From Minisyncoccota bacterium (GTDB lineage Bacteria; Patescibacteriota; Minisyncoccia; Phycocordibacterales; Phycocordibacteraceae), in NCBI GenBank assembly GCA_039927695.1, contig JBDSUM010000020.1, positions 1 to 63,800 on the forward strand: a stretch of DNA of 63,800 nt, in the 5' to 3' direction. Below, piece after piece: positions 51,297-61,200 of the stretch. The translations under genes and the position numbers were made by a program. The first letter of the stretch is position 1, and each line of letters opens with the position of its first letter. The notes under the pieces were generated by a model, which ran no database searches, was not told the DNA's origin, and saw only the letters and a list, made by a program, of their open reading frames with translations.

Positions 51297-53084
51297 TTAT
51301 CCGCGCTTCCCACGAGAGCGATCACTCTCCGTAAGGCCTTGCTTACGCAAACGAACGTTCGTTGGAGTGATCTCGAGGTACTCGTCGTCAGTCATGACTT
51401 CAAGACCGCGCTCGATGGTGAGTGTGTATGCAGGCACAAGGTTGATAGCCTCATCCATACCTGAAGAACGGACGTTACTCTGGTTCTTACCCTTCGTAGG
51501 GTTCACCACCATTTCTTCACCCTTACTTGTGTTACCGACAACCATACCCTCATACACTTCCGTAGCTGGAGTGATATAGAGCACACCGCGCTCCTGCATG
51601 CTCCAAAGAGCGTAGCCGAGAGCCTTTCCAGTTGCCATTGAGATCATCGAACCAACCTGACGCTTCTTGATTTCACCAGCATATGGCTTGAAGCCGATAA
51701 CACGTGACGAGAGGATTCCCTCACCCTTGGTGTCCACAACGAACTGGTTGCGATAGCCGAGGAGACCACGTGTAGGTCCTTCGAGCGTAAGACGCACTGA
51801 GTTGTCGTGCTGTACCAAGTTCTGAAGAACGAATGCACGAGTACCGAGGCGTTCGATAATTGAACCCTGGTATTCCGAAGGAGTATCGATAGTAACTTCC
51901 TCGTAAGGTTCGAGCTTCTGACCTTCTTCCTCACGGATAATTACCTGAGGCTGGCTCACCTGCATTTCGTATCCTTCACGACGCATGTTCTCAAGGAGAA
52001 TTGCAATGTGGAGTTCACCACGTCCTGAAACCTTGAACGCGTCTGGTGAAACAAAGTCCACTTTGAGTCCAACGTTCACTTCAAGTTCCTTCTCGAGGTA
52101 TTCACGGAGCTGACGGCTCGTTACGTACTTACCTTCGCGACCAGCGAATGGTGAGTTGTTCACGAGGAAGTTCACGGTGATTGTTGGCTCATCGATTGCG
52201 ATAGCGGTCATCGGCTCAACTGAAGCATCAGTAGTAACGGTCTCACCGATGTATGCGTCGCTGATACCTGCGATGATGACGATGTCACCTGCGCCAGCTT
52301 CTGGAACATCGGTTCGCTCGATACCTTTGAAGGTAAAGACCTTGGTGATCTTTGCATTGCGAGATTCGCCGTTTGGCTTCTTTACGATGACTGCTTGACC
52401 AGCCTTTACGACACCTTCGTATACGCGACCAATAGCAAGACGTCCGAGGAAGTTATCGTACGCAAGGTTAAACGTCTGAAGCTTAAGCGGCATTGCTGAA
52501 CTTTCATCGCTTGAGGTTGGCTGAACGTTCTCAAGGATGACGTCGAGAAGTGGGGTGAGATCTTTGCGCTCGTCATCAAGCTTACGCATTGCTACACCTT
52601 CGCGACCGATAGCGTATACCGTTACGAAGTCAGACTGTTCATCTGAAGCACCGAGTTCAAGGAAGAGTTCAAGAACCTGTTCTTCAGCGCGATCAGGATC
52701 AGCTGCTGGCTTATCAATCTTATTCAAAACAACGATAGGCTTGAGTCCAAGCTCAAGTGACTTCTTAAGCACGAAGCGTGTCTGTGGCATTGGACCTTCC
52801 TGTGCGTCGACAATGAGGAGAACAGAGTCGATTGAACGAAGCACGCGCTCAACTTCAGAACCGAAGTCGGAGTGGCCTGGAGTGTCAACGATGTTGATCT
52901 TTGTTCCCTTGTACTCAATAGAGGTGTTCTTTGAGTAAATGGTAATACCGCGCTCGTGTTCGAGAGCGTTTGAGTCCATGGATGCACCTTCAGCAGCAGC
53001 GCCGGTCTGCTTCATGATGGCGTCGGTCAGCGTGGTCTTGCCGTGGTCCACGTGGGCGATGATGGCGATGTTACGAATTTCCAT
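51297..53084 (-). CDS. typA: Translational GTPase TypA/BipA
   Basis: 595 aa. NIAIIAHVDHGKTTLTD, DTPGHSDF, NKIDK, and the TypA-specific C-terminal domain. Confidence 0.95.
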   Translation of the reverse strand: MEIRNIAIIAHVDHGKTTLTDAIMKQTGAAAEGASMDSNALEHERGITIYSKNTSIEYKGTKINIVDTPGHSDFGSEVERVLRSIDSVLLIVDAQEGPMPQTRFVLKKSLELGLKPIVVLNKIDKPAADPDRAEEQVLELFLELGASDEQSDFVTVYAIGREGVAMRKLDDERKDLTPLLDVILENVQPTSSDESSAMPLKLQTFNLAYDNFLGRLAIGRVYEGVVKAGQAVIVKKPNGESRNAKITKVFTFKGIERTDVPEAGAGDIVIIAGISDAYIGETVTTDASVEPMTAIAIDEPTITVNFLVNNSPFAGREGKYVTSRQLREYLEKELEVNVGLKVDFVSPDAFKVSGRGELHIAILLENMRREGYEMQVSQPQVIIREEEGQKLEPYEEVTIDTPSEYQGSIIERLGTRAFVLQNLVQHDNSVRLTLEGPTRGLLGYRNQFVVDTKGEGILSSRVIGFKPYAGEIKKRQVGSMISMATGKALGYALWSMQERGVLYITPATEVYEGMVVGNTSKGEEMVVNPTKGKNQSNVRSSGMDEAINLVPAYTLTIERGLEVMTDDEYLEITPTNVRLRKQGLTESDRSRGKRG

Positions 53085-53188
53085 GACGAAAAGTGTTTAA
53101 GAGTGTGTAAATAAAGCTTGAAATAAGGCCGGGAAGCTTGCTAAAAGCAAATCCGCCCGCAGGCGGAGCCCCAAAAGGCATTGCTCAT

Positions 53189-53217
53189 ATTGTACTATTT
53201 GCTCTCGGTTAGGTCAA
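53189..53217 (-). promoter_or_regulatory. Sigma-70-type promoter of typA (TTGACC-17 nt-TACAAT)
   Basis: Reverse complement: TTGACC at 53212-53217, a 17-nt spacer, TACAAT at 53189-53194. It starts 2 nt after the DUF72 stop codon. Confidence 0.6.
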
Positions 53218-53218
53218 T

Positions 53219-53971
53219 CTACAGAAACTCCTTTAACTCTTTCGCATTCTCAATGGCATAGCCGTGGAAATCATTATTGAAATATACGTAAACCCTTTTG
53301 GTCTTCGAGGAGATAGACTTTATATAGCTGCTCCAATCTTTCATTTGTTCTTCTGTATATTTCGAAGCAAATAGCTTTTCTGGTCCGTGAAGGCGAATGT
53401 ATGCGATATCAGCTGTTACCTCACGTACTCCTGGGTATCGGGAAGACTGGGCAGCGACCAAGGCTACATTATATTTCTTTAGCACTGTATATACTTCTTC
53501 GGTAAACCAATATGCATTTCTGAATTCAATCGCAACATCAAACTTATATTCAAGCTTCGCTATTTGCGAAGTGAAATATTTAAGAAAGCGGTCGAGTACT
53601 TTGAGCTCGACCCGAAAACTCGGTGGTAACTGAATTACCATCGCTCCCATCTTTTCTTTGAGAACTTGGGTGGTCGTAAGTATGTGGAGGACTTTTTCTT
53701 TTACTTCGTCATTCAGTTCTAGTTTGTGAACGTGAGTGATGACCTTATTGAGTTTCATTGAAAACTTGTATCCCTCTGGAGTCATTCGTGACCACGTCTT
53801 GTATGTTCCCTCTCCTGCGATGCGGTAGAAGGAGGAATTATTTTCCACGGTATCAAAGAACTTAGAATGGTATTCAAGTTCTCGGTACCCTGTTATTTCT
53901 TTAGGATAAAAGGTGCCCACCCAATGAGGATAGTGCCAGCCCGAAGTTCCTATATATACGTGCGCTTTCAT
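53219..53971 (-). CDS. DUF72 domain protein
   Basis: 250 aa. YIGTSGWHYPHWVGTFYP and later NNSSFY and QLPPSF blocks, typical of DUF72. Confidence 0.8.
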   Translation of the reverse strand: MKAHVYIGTSGWHYPHWVGTFYPKEITGYRELEYHSKFFDTVENNSSFYRIAGEGTYKTWSRMTPEGYKFSMKLNKVITHVHKLELNDEVKEKVLHILTTTQVLKEKMGAMVIQLPPSFRVELKVLDRFLKYFTSQIAKLEYKFDVAIEFRNAYWFTEEVYTVLKKYNVALVAAQSSRYPGVREVTADIAYIRLHGPEKLFASKYTEEQMKDWSSYIKSISSKTKRVYVYFNNDFHGYAIENAKELKEFL

Positions 53972-54198
53972 ACTGATTCACTATGAATAATACTCAGCGC
54001 TAACTATAATTTAGATGAAAGAGACTGTGCCTGAAAGACACTTACTCTATATATGCGCCTACTCAGGTCAATTAATGCGAGCAGTCGTGGGTGTGCGGCG
54101 GATTAAAATAACTTTGAGCGAATATGAACGAATAGAGACAGGCGGCCTATATAAAATGAGTAGTACTTAGAGTCGGTAAAATATTATAAATTACCCCT

Positions 54199-54645
54199 TT
54201 AGTTAGGCTGTTGTATATGGAAATATAGTATTTTCCATATACCACCTTCTTTAAGTAGTCTTATATCAATATCAGCTGAACCTTTCTCGAAATCAGCTTT
54301 GGCCACATATTCGGCAGATATCGTTTGTTTTCCATTATTTATATGAATACCTGACTCACCAGTGGAGCCATTATATTTCTTCATTGAACCAAGACCATCG
54401 CGTGCAGAAGCTATGAAAGCATTTGCTTGATCTTTGTTCATTATTACCAATAACTCAGGACTACTGTGATCAATAAGCTCATTTGAGTTCCAGTTTGAAA
54501 CAATCTTAGGCACTTCGTTATCTACCCACGCTTTACTTTCTTTATCATAAGCAGTTCCTTTAATGCTGGCATAGATGAAAAATGAAATGATAGCCAAAAT
54601 TAGAACTATACACGCTATTCCTAATCCTATTAAAATCCTCTTCAT
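54199..54645 (-). CDS. Membrane-anchored hypothetical protein
   Basis: 148 aa. An N-terminal TM, then a soluble domain of about 115 aa. AT-rich; third gene downstream of the giant toxin gene. Confidence 0.5.
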   Translation of the reverse strand: MKRILIGLGIACIVLILAIISFFIYASIKGTAYDKESKAWVDNEVPKIVSNWNSNELIDHSSPELLVIMNKDQANAFIASARDGLGSMKKYNGSTGESGIHINNGKQTISAEYVAKADFEKGSADIDIRLLKEGGIWKILYFHIQQPN

Positions 54646-54673
54646 AAATTAATAGACATTGTTTAAGGTTGCT

Positions 54674-54892
54674 CTAAAAATAAAAGAGAAACGCTCCAAG
54701 AATAAAGACTAGACTAAATATAAGAATAAACCCCTCGAATGTAGAGAAGGCTCTTTCTGCGGCAATCGAACTGAGACCGAACTTTGAGAAATATCCAACC
54801 CCTCTTTTGTTAAAGTCTTTGTTTTTATCGACAGATAATAACCATCCTATTAGGACTAGCGCTAGTAGAGCAAAGATGGCTGGTATATACAT
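54674..54892 (-). CDS. Hypothetical two-TM protein (candidate immunity paralogue)
   Basis: 72 aa with TM-loop-TM topology. Second gene downstream of the giant toxin gene. Confidence 0.5.
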   Translation of the reverse strand: MYIPAIFALLALVLIGWLLSVDKNKDFNKRGVGYFSKFGLSSIAAERAFSTFEGFILIFSLVFILGAFLFYF

Positions 54893-54984
54893 AGTTTTAT
54901 TATTTATAATTCTTATCTTTTTTCTGTTGTTGAGTAAGTTGCGTTAGGTTAGAGACAACAGGTCATGAGGGTGAAATAGATAAT

Positions 54985-55236
54985 CTAGCGAAAAAGCCAA
55001 TTATAGCCAAGAAATATAAAGATGATGCCTACGCAAAGAAAATAAGGTGTTATTTGAGCTAATAAATTCTTTGCAGATTCACTAGGATTGGAAGATTTTT
55101 TAAAGAAACGAGCTGCTGACCAAACTATGAAATTATAATTGCCTATCCAGTTTGTATAAATTACAAATATTAACAGAAGTATCCCTAAGAGAAATACCGG
55201 AACAGAAACTATATATTCGTTAATTAATGTATTCAT
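54985..55236 (-). CDS. Hypothetical two/three-TM protein (candidate cognate immunity)
   Basis: 83 aa. It starts 4 nt after the stop of the giant RHS-type gene. Confidence 0.55.
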   Translation of the reverse strand: MNTLINEYIVSVPVFLLGILLLIFVIYTNWIGNYNFIVWSAARFFKKSSNPSESAKNLLAQITPYFLCVGIIFIFLGYNWLFR

Positions 55237-55240
55237 GAGT

Positions 55241-58200
55241 CTATTTAGAATTAGTTTTCTTGAAGTCTTTACTATTAGAAGTCTGAGTTCTATTTGCTAC
55301 ATTTTTTATAAGGTTAACCTCTGCAGTAAATAAACTGACAACATCAGTCATTCCTCCTACTTTCTCACCAGCGAGTGCAGGAATTGTATTATATGCAGCT
55401 GTAACAGCAGCTTTTGCCCTGACATATGGATCTTTTGACTTCAGCCCTGAAGAGACTATGTCAATAGTGTTAGGGATATTCCTAAGAGCTTCATAAGTCA
55501 AGTATGAATAACCTGCTGTTTGCAGAGCTCTTCCTGCAAGGAATGATGTGCCTGCACTTAGATTAGTCGTTGTTACTGCTGCAACAGAACTCATACCGGC
55601 CTCAGCGACTGGTACTGACAATACACCCACTCCCATTCCCGCGACAATTGGATGACTTAATGCCGTTCCCCATGTTGAATTTACTTGTGGTAAATAAGTT
55701 GCGGCGCTATTAATTTCATTCCCAAAACTTGAGAACGACTGCTGGCCACTGAGTAATTCTCCATACCAGAGCCCTGTAGGATCTGATTTTGTGATTGGAT
55801 TGTCTCGAGCGTATGAATATGAGTTTAGACTCTGAGGATCTGAGAGGACTGTAGCCTGATCTATACCGGCAAGACTCTTCAATTTCTGTGGATCGCCAAT
55901 TGCGAGGAATGTAGGGTCCTCTGACAAGAACTGCCCTCTCGCAGGATCCTGATACCGTGCATTCAAATAATTGAGTCCCGTACTTCCGTCATACTGCTGC
56001 CCTATGTATTTACGCTGCTCAAGTGGCGAACCAGTATCAATTCGTAACGCTCCATACGGATAGTAGTCTGTGGTTTCGTTTAGGTGCCCGAGTGAATTGC
56101 TGGTGACATTCGTTGAGCCCAGATTGTCTGCATGGAGGTACGTGTAGGTCTGTGTAGATGAAGAGAGTTGGTACGTAGCAACAGGGTTACCTTGCGTATC
56201 GTAGATATGGTCTGTAGTGGTTGTTCCGCTGATGTTGTACAGATTGTTTGGGTTGCTGGTGGTGACTCCTCCAATCACCGTCTTTATTCGTTGTGAGAGG
56301 TAGTCATAGAAATTAGTGGTCGTAGTGCTACCCGTTACACTACCTGTCATTCGATTCTTATAGTCCCACTGATAGGTTGTAGTGCCGTAGTTAGTTAGGT
56401 TTCCATTGTTGTCGTACGTTAACGCTGTGGCACCAATAGTGGTAGGTGCGTGTGGGTTCGCATACCCTGTTCCAGCGTAGGTGTAGTTACCTACGTCAGA
56501 CTTATTTGTGAAGTTACCCAGAAGGTCATATGTGTACGATTGCGAGAATGGTAAGGTGCTGGCCGCAGTGGTGGATGCGTTTAGGAGTCTGTTGAGACTG
56601 TCGTATGTAAATCGTTCAACCTTTCCGGCAGTGGTACCAGAAAGATCATTTATCTGAAGAATGTTTCCATTATTGTCATATGTGTAGAAAATATCTTGCA
56701 GGTCTGCTGTCGCAAGCCCTGAAGCAATTCCAAAAGTAGCAGTGGTTGTACTCCATGCTCCTACGGAATCTTCGCTATTCCAAAAACGGATACGCCAGTC
56801 GTAGGCACTTCCCGAAATCAACGTTTGACCACTATAGGTAACGGGCTGTATTTGTATCCCACTCGGAGTGCTACTCGCCAACGTCTGCTTTAAAGAATCC
56901 CACGTGGGGGCAATCCATCCTGCTCCAGAATTTGTTACTTGGATTTCATAACTCGACGCAGTATCTGTAGCAATGGTGTTGTTATAGGTTGCAGTGAAAG
57001 TTGGTGTCGTACTTGATAGCGACATTGGACTCGTGGTTCCATTTACTAAGAGATTTGTTGGCGCGCTTGGGTTGTACCAAGGCGCAATACTGAATGATGC
57101 TGTTTCTGTACTCCAAACGCTTGGGCTATTGAATGAATCCCAAAACCGTATTCGCCAGTAGTACGGTGTAGACGCGCTCATGGGAGAACCGCCGTATATA
57201 ATATCTGGCGAACGTGCACCATTCGTAGTAGATGCTGTTATTGCATGCTGTGAACTGTCCCAGAAAGGATTTGTCCAAATTGTAGAGGATGTAGAAATTT
57301 GAAGCTGGTAATTTGTTGCGTAGTCTCCTACGTCTGCATCACTAAACAGAGCAGAAAATGATGGGGTGTGATTTCCCAGAGTTGTTGGATTTGCCTGACC
57401 CTCTGTAAGAAGGGTGTTTGGCGTACCCGGAGCTAACGAATAGGTAATTACAAGTTGTGGCGCGGTACTTACACCTGATTCTGCAGAAGCCCAGTTTGTG
57501 TCGTAGGTAGTTGAAGCTGTGGGAGCGATATTATACATATCGTTATACGTCTTTACACCAAAATGAGATATTCCCGCATTTGTAATTTGAGCTATTCCTG
57601 CAGGAGTTAAGTTAATTTGGTTATATGCATTTGTGATATACGTACCAGACGACGAGCCCACAGCAATATTTCCTAGGGTCGCGTAATCATTTAGATATAC
57701 ACGATCGTCGTGATAAGGAGCTGCCGTAGTTATAAATACTCTATTCTCCGAACCTGATTGAGTATGAATCGTGATATAGAGGTTGATACTTGCACTTGAA
57801 ATGACGGCTCTGCTATCTAGTGATGTTGCATTAAAGCCTATAAGTGCTCGGGTAATCCCGTAAAAGTCTGGTCCGTACCCTGTACCATATTTAGCGTTAA
57901 CTCCTTCATGAGTACTTAAGTAATCATAATTATTTGAAGCCGGATAATCCCATTCAGAAAACCAGTCAGTAAAATTATCTAGGTACATATTTCCATCAGC
58001 ACCATACGCTCCCTCGCCCGCGCCTGGATAAAATGTTGCTCCCGTTGCCAAGGCTCTCTGTGGTACAAAGAAACTAATCAATGCATCGATAAAACTCTTT
58101 GGGGCGGGCTTCATTTGCGCATCAAATGCTGTTGGGGTTGTGACCGCATATGATGCAAGCCACCAACTGCCATCAGTATCTTTGTAGTAGCTTGGTTCAC

Positions 58201-61200
58201 CCGAATTTATCTCTGCAACAAATACTTGTGGATTATTGGTTGCGAATGTTCTGGTCGTAGCAGTTCGCTTTCCCACAACTTCACTGCCTAGAATAACTCC
58301 ATCTTTACGAGCTTCTTTGAGGGTTCCATCACTCGCTGGAAGATTATCGACCGATATGTTTGTTCGGTACGCGTATTTGATTAATCCTTCTTTAAGTAAA
58401 ATTTCGCCTAGAATACTTACCCGCGGAGCTTTCAACGCTAGCTCGGGAGAATTATCTGGAAGCATCTTAAGTTCATCGGCAAAAGTGCGTTGAAACTTTT
58501 GTGTAGTACTCGCTGTGAATCCTGACTGAGTAGTAGTGGCAAGCAAAATGGTACTTGCATCAGGCAGATTAAGTGTTGGAATAATCTTTGGGAGACTTTG
58601 TTCTGCGCTTGAAGTTGTTGCAGTAGTAGTTGACGCTATCGAACCGTCAGTGGTAGAAGCTGAGACATCAGGCACATCTTTTTTGTCTTTACTACTTTGC
58701 ATGGAAGTAGATGCGTCGACTTTAGGTACGTCAGGCTGAGTTGCTGGTGTGGTTGAGTCTGCTGAGGCCGCTGGGTAAAAAGTAGGCTGATATGTTGGAT
58801 CATCGTTGAATGCCAAGATTATCTTTTTGTTTATATCTTTGAAGCTTAGTAGTGACGATGTTGCAGTCTGTGTAGTTGCTGGTGATCGGCTTTCAGTAGT
58901 TGTTGCAGACATTGCAGGAGTAACCATTAACGTACCGAAACCTGAAGAAGAGACTGTCTGTATGCGAGATAGCCGGTAAAGATGTGCTGCATCGTAGGTA
59001 TTTGTAGTTGTAACTCCGTTTCCAAATTGCTTGTAGGCTATTTGACTAGTGGGAGAATAATTAAAATTGGTAACAATACCTGTATATGTATTTGCACCAG
59101 ATGGCTTTTGACTTATGGATTCAAGTAATCCTGCGTTGTTATAGGTATAAAGCACCTGAGAATTATCAGGATACGTAATACTTGTGGTATTTCCGAGACG
59201 ATCAAATGCCCTGAAAGTAGAATAATTTACTCCTCCTATAGCCTCCTTCTCTTGAACGGTGTTTCCCGAAATATCATAAGCGTATGATGTTGTGGCGGTA
59301 GAAGTTGCTACAGTTGCAGAGCAAAGGTGACCGATACCAAATGCACATGAATCATAGACATAGGTCGTCTCAATTCCCGTGAGTCCAGAATAATCTTCAG
59401 TAAGGGGACGATTTAATAGATCATATGTGTAATTTATTACTTGATTCTTAGGATCAGTCTGCTGTGTCAGATTACCCGTATCATCGTACACAGAATTCCA
59501 AGCACCATAGGATGAATCCGCGGTGGGATGTAAATCCTCAGCTCGTAAGCGTCTACCTAAGAGATCGTAGTTAAAGTTACGTACGTTTCCAGCCGCATCA
59601 ATGATTTTAGTTAGATAATTATTACCGTTATAGACGTATTGAGTTGTCCCAGAGAGAGAACCTGGATGCTCTATAATGCTCGATAGATTTCCGTATGCAT
59701 CTTTGTAAGCATCTTTAACATTATTATTTGGATCAATTGTTGTTACATGCCACGGACTATATGAATTTATTGTTGAACCTACGGAATTAGTAATTCGAAG
59801 AGGACGTTGTAACGGGTCATAAGCATATGTTGTTAAGAGAGACGTTGAGGGCGGTAACGTGACTCCTGTATACGAGGTCCCAGATCCAAAATAAGGAAGA
59901 GATTGCGAGGAAAGTAATCCGACACCGTTATAGTACGAATCCTTTACAGCATAGGTACTTGTTCCTTCAGCTTGCGCTCGTGACTCTACTTCCCTGCCAT
60001 AACCGTCCTTATAAAGATATGTATGTACACTAGAAGTTGCATTGAGATAATCTATTTGATGTGTAAGTCGAGGCATTCCTGTGTCTGTATATATAAATTC
60101 CGTGCTCGTAGACAGGGTAGAGGTCGCAATAGGATCTGGCTTTAATACTCCAATTAAACGATTGAGGAGGTCGTACGTATTCTTTTTTACAAATCCATTT
60201 GGATCAGTCGTTCTAGTAGGCTGGCCGTTGTAATAGTTATATAGAAAGGCCGTGCTTTGTGAAAAAGAGTTAGTTACTTTTGCTGGATACAGATTGTATG
60301 TATCATATACATATGTAGTTGTTGCGGAACGAGGATTTATTTCTTGCGTAACAAGACCGAACGAATTATAGACTTTTCGTATTGATTGAATAAACGTACT
60401 TGATGCTGTCTTTAAGTCATCTTGTTCCGTCATGTTTCCTTTCGCGATTGAACCAAGACCGAGTCCGTCATAGAGGTATCGAGTATCACCAAGTAAGGCA
60501 TTATTCTGATCAAGTGTTATTTTTTCAGATACCTTACTAAAAGGTAGAGTCGTGCTCGCAGCGTAGCTAAGATTTGTAATGCGCTCGTCGGTGCCTATAT
60601 CTGTAAAAGAACCATCGTCTCCTAAAGCTGAAACTTCACCCCATGATATTTTCTGTAACAGATCTCCCGTAGTGGTACTGTATGAGGATTCTTCTGCTAC
60701 TACTTTAGGGGTCGAGCCTCCGTCGTAATCATAGGACGTGGTGCGTATCGGCCATATAAAATTAGCTAAGCCACGAATCACATTATCCCATTTTGTTATA
60801 AGTACTTTAAAAAGTGTTGTTGCAGAATTATAGTTTTCTACACGATATACCTTTCCGATTTTTGATTGAGTATCAAGATATTCACCAGTACTCGTAGCAC
60901 TACCATTTCCAGTGTGGAAATACGAAGTACTCTTATTTCCTACTGCATCAGTCTTTGTAATGCTTCCGAAGCCGCCGGAACGTCTGTCTGTAGAGCTTCC
61001 AAAGTAAAGGGTTCCATCTTTGTATTGATACGACTCTGTTGAAGTAGCAGCTACGCCATCATATGTCTGAATTTTTTGTACTGCGGGAAAGAATGATGCG
61101 AGTTTTGGATTCAGGAGATTATTGTTACTATCTCGAAATTTACTCGTAGATTGATATGTTGGGGTAATTTGTTTGCCACCTGATTCTGTCACGTGATTGA

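Noticed and set aside
51194-51334. A 46-codon plus-strand ORF (MNGKKLLLVEAVEIAK...) that spans the 23-bp inverted repeat.
   Set aside because: It has no SD, runs into the typA 3' end on the opposite strand, and its sequence is dictated by the repeat arms. I treat it as non-coding unless ribosome profiling shows otherwise.
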